Below are positions 15,119 to 29,264 of a DNA stretch of 64,000 bases, piece after piece (the first letter of the stretch is position 1; each line of letters starts with the position of its first letter). The position numbers and the translations under genes are program-made. Under the pieces are notes generated by a model. It was not told the origin of the DNA and made no database searches. It was given only the letters and a program-made list of their open reading frames with translations. This DNA comes from Eledone cirrhosa (Eukaryota). The DNA is taken from contig OZ024745.1 in NCBI GenBank assembly GCA_964016885.1, positions 124,930,001 through 124,994,000 on the forward strand, read 5' to 3'.

Positions 15119-15161
15119 GTAGTCCTGATGATTTCTAACGAGAATGAAACGCGTAGATTAC
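15119..15161 (+). ncRNA. Type I minimal hammerhead ribozyme (family B, inverted arm)
   Basis: GTAGTC CTGATGA TTTCTAACGAGAAT GAAA CGCG TA^ GATTAC. Stem III is the palindrome ACGCGT, and stem I is extended by attctcgataaaagca / tgcttttatcgagaat. Confidence 0.88.
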
Positions 15162-15281
15162 TTCCCTTGCTTTTATCGAGAATCTAATTGTAATACGTGA
15201 CGTATTCTATTCTATAGCGATTAGGTCTTCAAAATGTTTATTATAAACATACAGAATATTTTCGAATATTCTATGTCTATA

Positions 15282-15326
<45 letters not shown>

Positions 15327-15480
15327 CATAAACAGAGAAAGCCTTAAGCGATACTCCGACCAATTCCATCTCACTCAACAAACATTAGGATATACTTAAG
15401 TATTATCTCAATTTAGTGTTTCGTGGAAAATGAGTTGTATTATTTTATATGAGACATTATTAAATAAATATCTCTTTCCT

Positions 15481-15606
15481 TCCAGACGGCCGTTTCGTTA
15501 TAAGATTTCTACAAATTGGGATAAATAATGTCCAGGTTATGTATAGACTTATATATATAATCCGTAGTTTTATACACAAGCGGGCTCTTATAAACTCATC
15601 AGTGGA
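15481..15606 (-). ncRNA. Type I hammerhead with greatly enlarged stem-loop II (family N)
   Basis: Minus: TCCA-CTGATGA-GTTTATAAGA...(~80 nt)...TCTTATAAC-GAAA-CGGCCG-TC^-TGGA. GUC cleavage triplet; stem III is the palindrome ACGGCCGT. Confidence 0.75.
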
Positions 15607-15822
15607 TGCCCAAATTAATATCGATATACGAATTATATCGACATCAATATAATGGTGATGGTCTCCCTCAGCGCTAAGAAGTGCCTGGTAGATTAAAATC
15701 CAAATAAAAATTACACGCTGTCCCCAAAAGGGTAAAGGGAGGTTATCATAAAATAAAACAATATACACGCTGGTCAATTAAACCTGTTAGGTATAAACAA
15801 CGTGTATAAGAACTCAATTGGA

Positions 15823-15911
<89 letters not shown>

Positions 15912-15964
15912 AAATATCCAATTGAGTTCTTATACACGTTGTTTATACCTAACATATATATATA

Positions 15965-17050
15965 TATGTAGAGGTTATATTTAATTTGTTGGGATACAAC
16001 AAGCAAAATATTTTTATAACTGATATAAATCACTTAACAAATTATTGGAGTAAATATACAATATATTAACAAATGGATACTATATTTATAAAACCATATT
16101 TATTTCATTATACATATTTCAAGGGCCACCAAAGCAAAGTATGGTGCGCTTTCATCAGATAAAATATAATATAGGTTAGTTTTATAAATAAACATTGACA
16201 TACCCATAAAAAATGCAACCATTCTGGTTGGAATCTCCTGAATAGTAGAGTTATTAGATTTATTGTTGGTTTATTATGCACATTAGTGTCGGAAAGTTTT
16301 AAAAACAGTATATTTAAATTAAGCCGTTGGAATAGGGAAAAAAAGAGAAGAAAGAGAAAAAACGAAAGAAAGAGAAAAAAAACCTGAGTATATTTAAGTG
16401 AGAGAGGATAGCGTAATTTTGAGAGAAGAGGCGAAGAAATAAATATAGCGTGGATGAATACCGTAAGATGTATAAACAATAATAAAGATGGATAAACAAT
16501 AATAAAGATAAGTTGAAGAATTTTATCTAATGTTTAATTAATAAATTTGATTAAATGCTTAATTAATAATTTATAAATTCAATCCGTAGTTTAGATTGTT
16601 TAAACGTGTATGTTAGATTATTAAAGTTGAGACCTATATATTATTAAAGAATATATATTATTAAAATATATAATTAGAAAATATGTTATTATTACAAAAT
16701 CATATATAATTTTATTAATTATTAATTAATTATTTAAAAAAATTTGTAAGTTTACAATATTCGAATATTTCTAAGCTCATGGAATTTCCGAGAGTTTACA
16801 GAAGAATAATCCCTTATTTGTAATAACAGTAGAGCGTAAAGGAAATTGCTAGCGATTTATTAATAATTTAGATACCTCTAAGGATTAATTGCTATAAAGT
16901 TAAGATGTTAAGAAATTAAATTTTCCATCTTACTAATGTAATTAGAGTATGAATTTTGTGTTATTTTATAGTAAGTTATACATTTATAACTTTAATCTGT
17001 TATACAGTTATGACTGTTAAAACATAGATTTGTTTGCTATAACTTCGGGG
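15965..17050 (-). mobile_element. PLE 3' region / pseudo-LTR, family E
   Basis: Terminal ~280 bp match 42070-42250 and the tail at 44035-44120. Hammerhead at 16101-16166 (TATTTTAT-CTGATGA...GAAA-TATGTA-TA^-ATGAAATA). The right boundary is uncertain. Confidence 0.7.
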
Positions 17051-17199
17051 TTAAACATGTTCCTGTTACCCAATCTACTACCCTAAGTATTGAGTATTCT
17101 GGTGCGTTATGGTCCATCTGAGTACTCAATATATATATATGTATATATGTATATATATATATATATATATGTATATGTATGTATATATATATATGTATA

Positions 17200-17264
<65 letters not shown>

Positions 17265-17265
17265 G

Positions 17266-17296
<31 letters not shown>

Positions 17297-17534
17297 TTCG
17301 TTTCTGAATTTGTTTAGCAAGATTCTTTATCTGAAATCGTGTGTTGAAACCGATATTGTTATACTTTGGGAGGGTCATGTTGCCAATAAGAAACACACGC
17401 ACCAGTTGCTTTCACTTCAATTTATTATATATTTATAAATTTATAAATTTACAAATTTACAAATTTACAAATCTACAAACCTATACATTTCTGGTTAGTT
17501 GGTTGGTTCCACAACCAGATAGTTGTTTATATAT

Positions 17535-17579
17535 AGTCATAGTCCTTTCGTCACACACTCTGTGACCTCCTCAGTGACT
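17535..17579 (-). ncRNA. Type I minimal hammerhead (family A)
   Basis: AGTCA-CTGAGGA-GGTCACAGAGTGTGTGAC-GAAA-GGAC-TA^-TGACT. Confidence 0.75.
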
Positions 17580-17783
17580 GGGGATTCCTTTCTTTGTTTC
17601 TGTGCCTTTCCTTTCTTCTGTCCTACGCCATTTTGTTTCTGTGTGTGTGTTGTGTGCTCAGTTTGCGCATGCGCCACATCCGGGTGTCTGTGTGTGTTTG
17701 TGTTCATTTATCTATTTGTTTATTTATTTACATGTTGTTGGTTGGTTGTTAGTTCTATGTGTGTGTGTGTTTTCATTTTGTCC

Positions 17784-18440
17784 TTAATTGTAAGTTGTGA
17801 TGTTGCTGTTCCACTCATATTTTCTATTTAATTTTGGTTGTAATTCTTTTATGCTTACTGCCTCTGTAATTTGCCTAAACATTGCATCTTTTCTGTGTGT
17901 GAATTCTATTTTTATTTCTATGTTCTCTAATTTACCCTTGTGTTCTATCTTAGCATGTTGGTAGAGTACAGATGATTCTTTATTATCTTGAAGGTCTTGC
18001 CAGTGTTCATTTATCCGTTCCCCTATACTACGAGCTGTCTCACCTATGTACACTATATTTTTGTTTCTACATTGTCCTTCAGTACATCTTATGCTATACA
18101 CTACATTACTAGTTTTAGAGTTAATATGGTGGCTTATTTTACAGGTTATACATTTCTTATCTATACATGAGTGTCTTTGGAACGGGTATGTCTTGCTAAT
18201 AAGTGTTTTTACGGAGGTACCTGGTCTTTCTACTATCTTAATATTGAGTTTATATTTATTTAGGGCCCTTCTAAATTTGTAGGCTAGTTCGCCTCTAGGG
18301 GTTGTATTGATGAACATTACACTCTGGTATTTATTGCTATCATACCATGAGTTTATTCTATTGGCCTTGTTCCTAGTTCTTTCTACTCAATTCCAAAATT
18401 TGCTCCTATACAAGGGGCAGGTCCCATTTATGTCATTATT
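17784..18440 (-). pseudogene. PLE C-terminal linker plus GIY-YIG endonuclease (truncated ORF)
   Basis: GTCPLYRSKFWN*VER...WY...VMFINTTPRGEL...C..KCITC...NVVYSIRC...YIGETARSIGERINEH...RQITEA..I....PKLN. Confidence 0.9.
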
Positions 18441-18824
18441 TACCAACATGCTAAGATAGAACACAAGGGTAAATTAGAGAACATAGAAATAAAAATAGAA
18501 TCCACACACAGAAAAGATGCAATGTTTAGGCAAATTACAGAGGCAGTAAGCATAAAAGAATTACAACCAAAATTAAATAGAAAATATGAGTGGAACAGCA
18601 ACATCACAACTTACAATTAAGGACAAAATGAAAACACACACACACATAGAACTAACAACCAACCAACAACATGTAAATAAATAAACAAATAGATAAATGA
18701 ACACAAACACACACAGACACCCGGATGTGGCGCATGCGCAAACTGAGCACACAACACACACACAGAAACAAAATGGCGTAGGACAGAAGAAAGGAAAGGC
18801 ACAGAAACAAAGAAAGGAATCCCC

Positions 18825-18869
18825 AGTCACTGAGGAGGTCACAGAGTGTGTGACGAAAGGACTATGACT
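18825..18869 (+). ncRNA. Type I minimal hammerhead (family A, inverted arm)
   Basis: Same motif as 17535-17579, on the plus strand. Confidence 0.75.
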
Positions 18870-19082
18870 ATATATAAACAACTATCTGGTTGTGGAACCA
18901 ACCAACCAACCAGAAATGTATAGGTTTGTAGATTTGTAAATTTCTAAATTTATAAATATATAATAAATTGAAGTGAAAGCAACTAGTGCGTGTGTTTCTT
19001 ATTGGCAACATGACCCTCCCAAAGTATAACAATATATATATATATATATGTATATATATGTATATTTATATATATGAATATA

Positions 19083-19132
<50 letters not shown>

Positions 19133-19164
19133 TGTATACATATATATATATATGTATATATATG

Positions 19165-19197
<33 letters not shown>

Positions 19198-19297
19198 GTA
19201 TATATATGTATATATATATATATATGTATATATATGTAAATATATATATATATATATATGAATATATATATATATGTGTATATATATATATGTATAC

Positions 19298-19329
<32 letters not shown>

Positions 19330-19449
19330 TAATATATATATATATATATATATATATGTGTATATATATATATATGTATATATATATGTATATATATACA
19401 TATATATATATACACCTATCTATCTCTCTCTCTCTATATATATATATAT

Positions 19450-19980
19450 GTATAAGTATGTACACGTACATACATATATGTATGCAGACGTACAGTAGTA
19501 TGTATATATATATACATACATGCACACACATATATATGTACGTATGGATTCACCGAACATTTATTATAATGCTCGGTGTGTTTGTAAACAAACATTCCGT
19601 ATTAAGCCGTAGTGTCCAGCAACCATCGTTGCTCGTTTGTTCAACACGGACAACAATCTGGCAGGAAGGTATACGTTGCTGACGATAGCTAATAATCTTG
19701 AAACTAGTACAGCGTTCCTTTGTCAGTGTTGAACAAACGAGCAACGATGGTTGCTGGACACTACGGCTTAATACAGGATGTTTGTTTACAAACACACCGA
19801 GCATTATAATAAGTGTTCGGTGAATCCATACGTACATATATATGTGTGTGCCTGTATGTATATATATACATACTACTGTACGTCTGCATACATATATGTA
19901 TGTACCTGTACACACTTATATTTAAGTTACAGCCGTACTAAGAGTAGGAAATGAAATGTCGTTTCATTTTTTCCATTTAT
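19450..19980 (+). mobile_element. Fold-back PLE end, family C
   Basis: Inverted arms ~19450-19650 / 19725-19925 around a hammerhead, with a right-side tail to ~19980. Homolog at 52838-53200. Confidence 0.8.
19673..19715 (+). ncRNA. Type I minimal hammerhead (family C)
   Basis: ACGTTG-CTGACGA-TAGCTAATAATCTT-GAAA-CTAG-TA^-CAGCGT; stem III is the palindrome ACTAGT. Confidence 0.8.
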
Positions 19981-20010
19981 ATATATATATGTATATATGT
20001 ATATGTATAT

Positions 20011-20042
<32 letters not shown>

Positions 20043-21386
20043 CTATATATATATGTATATATATATATGTATATATATATAGATATATATATATATATAG
20101 ATATATATGTATATACATATACATATATATATTTACATATACATATATACATACACACACACACACACAAATATATATATATATATATATAACTTCCAAT
20201 TTATTAATTTAACCAATACATATGTATGTAATTCATATTTTCATGTTTATACCATCATATCTTTATATTTTAACCACCAACACCACATCTATTTTCAACA
20301 ATAATATTATGTTCAATTTTCCCTCGATATAGAAAGATTCTATATAGCGTGTATGAATGGAATAAAAATGATTCATACTTGAAATTATTCCCATACCTAC
20401 CAAAGGTCAGTCCCACGCACTATTGTATTTCCCTATTTTTTAAAAGGGATTAGAAGATTCTGTTTCAGGCTTTATTTGAAAATAATTGCTATGATATTAC
20501 TTGTCATTACTCGTTTACTGTGTACGTAATGACATCATATTATGGGGCGTAGCTTATTTTAAGAACAATAACTGGGACAAATGTTTTTCGATAAATAGTA
20601 CCAATCAATGCCAATGCAGTGCAGTTTCATTCCTGCATTTTCTATGTTCAAGAAAATTGAATATTTAAAGCATTTCGATTTTATATTTCATTTACTGCTT
20701 ATGCTTTTACAGAAACATCAGAAAGTTAGCTTATAAGTAACCTCATTGAAAAAGAACATATATTGACATATAATAGTTTTCTGATTTCTAATCATATTTC
20801 GTATGTTCCCAGTCGGGATAAATAAATAAAAAACAATATGTTAGATATGCTGATATGTTTCACAAAGTCATCAAGATTATTAAATTGTAATTTTTATTAG
20901 GGTAAAACCAATGGAGTTAAATCACTGTATTGAATTCAGAGACGAGAAATAGATTAAGATAAAAGACAAAATTGAGTATTAAATTGTTTTGTATATTATT
21001 ATTTCTTGCAGGAAAATCACAATTTACATATCTGCAATTAATTTAAAGAAGTAAGTTGTGGTTCAAAGGGTGCTAGATTTCAATAACCGATGTTATAGAG
21101 CCACCCAACAAAGAAAGGTAAATTAATTTCGGGAATGATTGATGAATAAAAAATATCTTAAGTATATTGATGATATTAAGCGTGGTTGGAAATGAATACG
21201 TTCTTTAAAGTTTCGTGATATAAACCAATATTGCAGGATTGCATGCTGGAATTTATTGTTGGAAGTATTGATTTTTTAAACATTAGCGAATTCCTTACAA
21301 TTATAAAAATGTTTCCGATTATAATTATTCATCTCATAATTAATCACATACCCGACCACACACGGAAACACCAGATACACATACCG

Positions 21387-21426
<40 letters not shown>

Positions 21427-21796
21427 GAAATCTAAATGCTCTACCATCTCAATCCTACCGTACCTTTTTAATTGTTAAATATTAACTGAGAATGATAAAT
21501 CAGCACCTGGATATGACCATTCTAAACATTTCCATCATCCGTTAATCAATTGTTATCCTTCAGTCAAATTTGATCTTGACTAAAAAAAATAAATATAATA
21601 AAAAAAATAAAATAAAATCGGTCACACGTTTATAAGCAGATATTTTTTTAAATCCATTTAATCGAATAATATCATATATGTTTTAACATATTATATTCCT
21701 CGTTCCTGGATTTCAGTATGTTTCATACAAATGATAAGGTTACTGGTTAACATATTGATTTGCATTTTACTGATGATTTGAATGAGAGAAAATTGA

Positions 21797-21962
21797 AATA
21801 ATTGTTTCTACTTTTAGCACAAGAACAGCAATTACCATTACATTACTGGTACTTTATTTTATCGACACCAAAATTAACCTCGTTGGATTTTCAACTCATA
21901 ATGGAAAGGGCGGTAACTCAATGCGTCAAAGCATGGCGTCCGACCCTCTACCGATACTGCCA
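21797..21962 (-). mobile_element. tRNA-derived SINE (Meta-domain-like), internally deleted
   Basis: Matches 10611-10797. Confidence 0.8.
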
Positions 21963-23329
21963 AAATGAGGTGAAATAATATTTTATATTTAGAAAAAGTA
22001 TTGAAGAATTCTATGATTTTAATAATGAATCCTGCGTGCATACGAAGACGTTATACTTAATCAAATTTTGTTTTCTTGGAAATTGTCACTGGGCTTAAGT
22101 TATCTGCTAATTCTCGCAATCAATGAACATTACATAAGAAAAGAACAGTTAGATACACATTCTCAGTAACACATTTTCTCATTCAATTTATCCAATAACC
22201 TTAGGGTTGTTTGCTCATCAAATGTTATGTCTTTTTAAAAACATAAATACATCAGGTAATTTAATCAGCAGAAAATAGAAATAATGTTTGGAAGATTGAT
22301 TACTACGTTGGTTAGAAGAGACGTATCTTAAGAGTGTCTCAATGCCACACATTATTTTGTAATCATTCTACATTAGTTTTAATGTTACATTTTAGACTCG
22401 AAAATGTATAGTACTCATACTTACTTTATAAATTATGTGATGATGGAATATAATCAGTGAAGTATGTAATTATATTTTACGTATTAAAACACACTGGATA
22501 AAAATCATGATGACTAGAAAAAATACTGTGGAATGTTGTTTAATAAGTAACTGAGATAAAGATAATCATCACATATTATTTTTAAAAGGGGGGGAAACAA
22601 AATATTCAGATATATTTCACAAACAATTTTTATGTAATTCTTAGTTAGTAGCAGAGTATATTTCTCTGGCTAACATTCATTTGATGTTCCGAGAATGTTT
22701 TTCATTCCATCGTACTGGCAATTTGTCAGACAACGATTACACTTCATTCACCAGCGAGTGTTTCATAAAATGTTATCCTGAATTTTTTCAAACTTCTTCA
22801 ATATTCAATGGAATTATCCAGATATAACCTGTATTGGATATACGGTCTGTAGCATCCACAAATACTTCACTCGCGTGTTCCAATGTAAATTCAATTAATC
22901 GTCATACATTTCCTCTCAAAACAAAATCTATCGTTTATCTATTGAGTAGCACAATCATTGAAAATGGCAAATGCAATTATTTTCATTACTGAATATGAGC
23001 ATTTGTAGTAAAAGTCTGTTTTACTTCAAAGAAAGTACGAAGAAAATTTGAATCACTTAAAAAATAATGCATTTGCAATTAAACCGATCAATACGTGAAG
23101 ACATAGATATTTCATGCAAGTATAGATATCGAAATAAATAGGCTAATATATATATACATATAGTTAAAAGAATAGAGGTGTATCACACAAGATATTATAT
23201 ATTGGTAAACGGAATAGAAAATGCTGACAAATTGTTCAGAGTTGAAAAATGGTTTAATTAGGAATAAAAGAGTATTAGTGATTGTATGGGTTAGTATTCA
23301 GTTGTGGTTTTAAGTTTTTAAGTTTTTAC

Positions 23330-23490
23330 CGTAATAATAATAAATTCAAAGAGTAAAATCCAAAGAGGGTTCGATAAGGATAAATATATATCAAATATAT
23401 AAGAACCGTAGAGCAAATATTTATTAAAATAACAGATTAAATGTTAAGCAAAGAATCGCTGCTTTCACCCTTAACGGTCTCTTCGGAAAG
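23330..23490 (-). mobile_element. Repeat family H, probable PLE end
   Basis: Reverse complement matches 53885-54045. Hammerhead-like but degenerate core (C[C/A]GAAGA..CCGTTAAGG.TGAAA). Confidence 0.5.
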
Positions 23491-23620
23491 ATATATATAT
23501 ATGAATAAACCGTGTTTATTCATATATATATATATATATATATATAAACACGGGCTCTGTAGTTGCTGGATAAGGTGTACTTATAAAAAGAGGAAAGCAT
23601 ATATATATATATATATATAT

Positions 23621-24320
<700 letters not shown>

Positions 24321-24474
24321 CTATATAATGTTTCTCTACCCCTTGTAAATGAAAACATAACCTTTTTTTGTATTTTCCTCTCTATATACTTTATTATTGA
24401 GAGTCCGGTAACTTATTCCTTGACCTCATAAAATTACAGGTGATTAACGCGAGTCTTTAACTCCGTTTTTTCAA

Positions 24475-24528
<54 letters not shown>

Positions 24529-24809
24529 AGAAACAGGATTTCTTTTATTATAAGTTGAACCAACTTATGCAGCTTCATATGCAAATGAGATTAATCACCT
24601 CATTTACACAGACGAGAAAAGTATATATTCTCGCCTGTCTTCTAGTCCACCAGTTGCAAGCGGTGGGAGGGACCATCCTGGCGATGGCCAGTTAAGCCTG
24701 AAATGCATAGACGGTTGTCCCTTTTGCTTCTGCTTGACATCACCAGAGGGCGTTAGCGCCCCCGGTAATTGCATAGCTACGGCTTCCTAAAACCGTATTT
24801 CTTTGGAGA

Positions 24810-25009
24810 TACGAAATATTTATACAAATAAATCAACTTTTTAAATGGAAGTTGAAGTTGTAAGGTATGTCAAATCTATCTTTTTATAAGACTGTTTATA
24901 TTGTATTTTGTCTGAAGAAGGCATACCATATTTTTAATATGATATCCCTGAAATATATATAATGAAATAAATATGGTTTTATAAATATAGTTTCCATTTA
25001 TTTAATATC

Positions 25010-25010
<1 letters not shown>
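24810..25010 (+). mobile_element. PLE pseudo-LTR, family E, with hammerhead at 24904-24969
   Basis: TATTTTGT-CTGAAGA-AGGCATACCATA...GATATCCCT-GAAA-TATATA-TA^-ATGAAATA; ends in (AT)n. Confidence 0.75.
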
Positions 25011-25107
<97 letters not shown>

Positions 25108-25639
25108 AATAACAGGAGGCTGTACTTGTGTAAATCCTTTCCAAGCACTCAAGGGGGCTTATGCACCAGAGCGCCGGGCGCGCAGCCAGGAAAACCACCA
25201 CACCAGTCGGATCATCGCGTGTAATCAATTATAAATCCGATGAAAAGCGCAAATAGACTATGTCTAGGTCCCCAGATAGTCCGGGTTATAAGCATTGTGG
25301 TTCTCAGGGGGAGATATTCTAGTGTCGTGTGCTAATGAGTACAGTGATAAGTACTTAATGAGAGTAAAGCGAGTAAAAACTTAAATAAAAGGAACAGTAG
25401 GCAAAAAACAAAGAATACATAGATAAATAAAAGCAGAATACGAAGATATAAACACATTAATAAAGTAAAAAGGTAGAAATGTATAAATAAATAAATAATT
25501 AAATGAAAAAATACATAACAAAATAAATAAAATACCGTCATAGTAAGGGTGGTGGTGGAGTAAAACGGAAGTATATAAGAACATATCGGAGAAATCAAAA
25601 CATAGGGGAAATACAATATAGATCAAGTTGCAGTTAGAT

Positions 25640-25930
25640 AATGCATATAGATATAGAGGATGGAAGAGATGGAATCAGTGTGTGTTCGAGCCTCAGAATT
25701 CAGTCTGAATTACAAAGGCCCTGAAGTATAGGGTAGAGAATTCAGTCAATACAATACAGTACAATACATGTTATGGTATAATCCATAGAATTTTGTTGAA
25801 GTCTGAATATTCCCGACAGGGAAGTAGCATTGGACCAGGTGGGCAGTAGACAAGGTGCAGAGTAACCAAAATCCGAATGGTGAGTAGATCAAGTCAGTCC
25901 CATGCCGCTGTTCATTATTACATCTGGAAG
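25640..25930 (-). pseudogene. Heavily decayed GIY-YIG fragment, similar to 55876-56410
   Basis: Minus translation WSNATSLSGIFRLQQNSMDYTIT...LPYTSG parallels [23 protein letters not shown]...NSYTGG. Confidence 0.45.
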
Positions 25931-26219
25931 TGCTCAACATTTCAGGAGCATTATTTATTTAGGTTTGAAGGTTCACCACTGGATAGAGCTGGTCATTCCG
26001 TATGGTCAATCTTGATGTAATAATATGGAGAGTACGCAACGTAAAGCAGCTCAACCTTGACGGTTGAAAATTCGTCCAGCGATTGTTCAACCGTCAAGGT
26101 TGTTTCCCACGGCTATGTCACTATTTATAAAACTAATTTTGTATTTTATCTGGTTGCCCTTGAAATATATATAATAAAATAATTACGGTTTTATAAATAT
26201 AGTTTCCATTTATTAATAT

Positions 26220-26274
<55 letters not shown>

Positions 26275-28409
26275 TATAAAATGACTCAAACGTCCAGCTG
26301 GTCTACCGAATGTACAAACTGGAAAAACTCTCTGCCACTCAAACATTAAATCTGAATATAATGGTGGGGACGTGTAAGGGAAAGTTCATTTATAAATTCA
26401 CAATACTGCAATACTGAGAAACAGCAAAAGATGACACTCACTATCTTGAAATTAAAATAGTTATTTAGTTCTAGATAGTGTTGTTAAAAATACCCCCATT
26501 ACATTAGCAGCTAGAGTATATAGAAACATCAGTTTAACCACGAAAAAAGCATTTCAATTATTTTATTGAAGCCAGAAAATAAGCATAGGTAATTTTAAAT
26601 TAATACTAGGAGGCGATGACAGTTGGAATTGGACTCTTCTGTGTTCGGTCAAAATAGGAAGTACTTAGAATTTAATTCGGTTCAACATGCACCCCGAGCG
26701 TTTCAAGACTACACATATCAAGTTACTATTCCTCTTGTTAACCATCCCGGAAGTCACAGCTGTTGCATTAAAATTGAAACATCTTTTATAAATGGATACA
26801 GCCCAAATGAAAGTGAGACTCTATGTAGGGTAAATGGATCTGCTAGAAATCACGACCGTATCTCTCTCAAATCGCGCTACCATCTTAATGGATGGTGGAT
26901 ATATTACAATGTGTATTGTTGACTGCATTCGAAAAGCGGGACCCTATATGATAGCTGGAACGTCTTTAATCATATGTCAGGCAACATTTGCATGACATGA
27001 ACACAACAATATCAACAACAATTCCTCAATTCGATCTTTTTAGCATAAACATTAACATAATTCTACAATAATGTTAAAATACCAGTCTATGCGTCAACAT
27101 CGAATTAGATACTCTTTATTTACTATACAATATTCTGTCATCACTTAAGGTGTGTTATGTCCGCAAACTGCAACCATCCCTCCCCAAATCGGATAAATGC
27201 CCAGCCGCTTAAGTAAGGAATCCCTTGATGGGGAATAGCTGCCTAACTGGGTGTTGCTGGCCGATGTCCATGCCAATACTATCGCCATTCTTTCCACAGG
27301 TTGTAGCTGAACGATACCATGGTTTTGTAGATTATTTCGCTTCACTCTCATCTTCTCTTCCTTTCCTTGTTGAATTTCTTCATTCATTTTATTTCTTTTC
27401 TTTTTCATCTGTACTTCATTGCTATTACAGAGGTTATACAGACAGCAGAGTAATAACCAACGTTTATATTTCCAGCCTGCGCTCCCATACATTAAGGCTC
27501 CTGTGTTTTCTGTAATGAGGTAACGGGAGATACTGCCTCTTGCTATAAAGCTGTACAATGTTCAGAACACATAACATCGACCCTTGTAACATGGCCTGAT
27601 ATTAGTCAATACGATGATAGTAATATTGTATTATAACACTTTACAACAGCGTAAAATTCATCGCAATATAAATGTTTTTTTTATGTCTAAGTATCGCGTT
27701 ATTTTAGATATATATATTTACTCTGTCAGTCACGAAACTAGACAGATAATATGTCGAATAATAAGTACTGGATTTGGTTGCCTATAGTTACATTTTAATT
27801 CACGTTTCACATAGATTCCACATCTTATAATTTGAAACTATATAAAACCCATGGTTTCTGTGATATTTTCATCATGATATTACTTTAATGTAGAGGGTTT
27901 CATTTTCAGTATATCAAAGTGTGATTAAAGTAACACTGCTTCAATTGAACTTTCTTTGTGTGTTCTACCTTCGTCTATATCTTTTTATATTTGAAACATA
28001 GCACCAAGTAGTTTAGGTGAGCTGCACAATAATTTCAATTGGACAAACATGAGAGATAAATCTTAGGAACGAAAAGTATAGCTAAAACAAGAAAGGTTAG
28101 AAAGCAGATTGCAATGATATGTAATTGAACTATGCAAGGGATTGAAATTAGCAACCTAAACAATTGCGAGTAAGCCTCCATAAACAATGTTAACAATATT
28201 TTCCATACTTAACATTAGGGCAATACACATATGCATTGTATTTCTAAGAACATACATAAATTGGAATAATTTGCATAAAAAAACAGATTTCTCTCAATTA
28301 TGTATACTAGCAGAAAAACCGCCCTATAGGACGGTTTTCTGATAGCATATGTAGTGTGCATATACGCAAATATTTATGCATAAATTGAAAAGTAAATTGA
28401 CAATATCTT

Positions 28410-29090
28410 CTTCTTCACCGACTTATTTCTGAGAAGGTCGTGGGGGAAGAGTCCTTTTCAAACAATCCAACCATTGAGTCTGTCAGTAGCAAACATCTCA
28501 AACTGATCCAGCTGGATCTCAAAGTGAGACCAGCCAAGCTCATGGGTGTTATCCAAACATCTTGCTCAGAGTCTACCTCTGGGTCTCTTGCCGGTTGGCC
28601 TTAACTGTAAAATGTCTCCAGAGATTCTTTACTGAGACATTATAACCACATGCTCATAATATCGGAGTTGTGATCTCTCAATTCGAAGAAGTAGCGGCTC
28701 TACCAGGAGTGACTCTCTGGTCTCTGAGTTATGCACTTTATCGAGTAACGTTACTCCAAAGACCCTTCGTAGGAATCCCATTTCTGCCACTTTTATTTAC
28801 AATTGTATTATTTTGGTCATTACTCAAGATTCATGATCCTCGGTAACAGTTGGCAGGATTACCAGGAAGACAGCGCGTTTGGCTTTTACACCTACCCCCT
28901 TTTTCTGATTGCTGAATGCTGAGGCTGGCGCATTACTGCATCAGTTTTTTGCAATTCTTGCACTTAATTCAGCCTCCTGTATTCCATCACTCATTAACAC
29001 GGCTCCAAGATACTTGAACTTCTCTAACTGCTTCAGTAGAATTCCATTCACATGTATATAAAGTTGAGGGACTTCTGTCCACCTGTCCAT
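28410..29090 (-). pseudogene. RTE LINE 3' fragment (RT C-terminus)
   Basis: LKQLEKFKYLGAVLMSDG...ELSARIAK; SQLRYYEHV...PTGKRPRGR; (GAA)n-like tail near 28405-28415. Confidence 0.8.
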
Positions 29091-29264
29091 TACACAATGT
29101 GTTTGTGTGTTTGTGTGAATGTATGTGTGTGTAAAAGGATGAAAAGGGATACACACATATATATGTCTAACTTAAAAACAGTGATACACAGACACGTGTC
29201 TCGAAATTAAGAACGCCGACAAACTCACGCGCGCGCACATACACACACTGTCCTATTACCATTT

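Larger units (their letters stand above)
14213..15286. mobile_element. 310-bp hammerhead-containing tandem plus inverted repeat (retrozyme-like or non-autonomous PLE), family B
   Basis: Units start at 14213, 14523 and 14833 (partial); an inverted ~1.4 units spans 14863-15286. Near-identical copies, no ORF, (AT)n flanks. An older end fragment lies at 13680-13787. Confidence 0.85.
17296..19033 (-). mobile_element. 5'-truncated Penelope-like element with inverted duplicated 3' end (family A)
   Basis: The minus arm 17296-18440 includes a 58-bp tail. The plus arm 18441-19033 is a ~600-bp near-perfect inverted copy without the tail. (AT)n on both sides. Confidence 0.9.

Noticed and set aside
18960-18970. 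AATAAA downstream of the hammerhead in several families, as a poly(A) signal
   Set aside because: The hexamer is frequent by chance at this AT content, and its spacing to the arm ends is inconsistent.
21012-21050. Possible 39-nt exon (ttcttgcag ... gtaagt)
   Set aside because: Good splice consensus but no protein evidence or linkage to other exons.
24545-24650. Possible degenerate hammerhead with branched stem II on the minus strand
   Set aside because: Both core halves deviate (AGAAGA, GAAG), and a single copy gives no covariation support.
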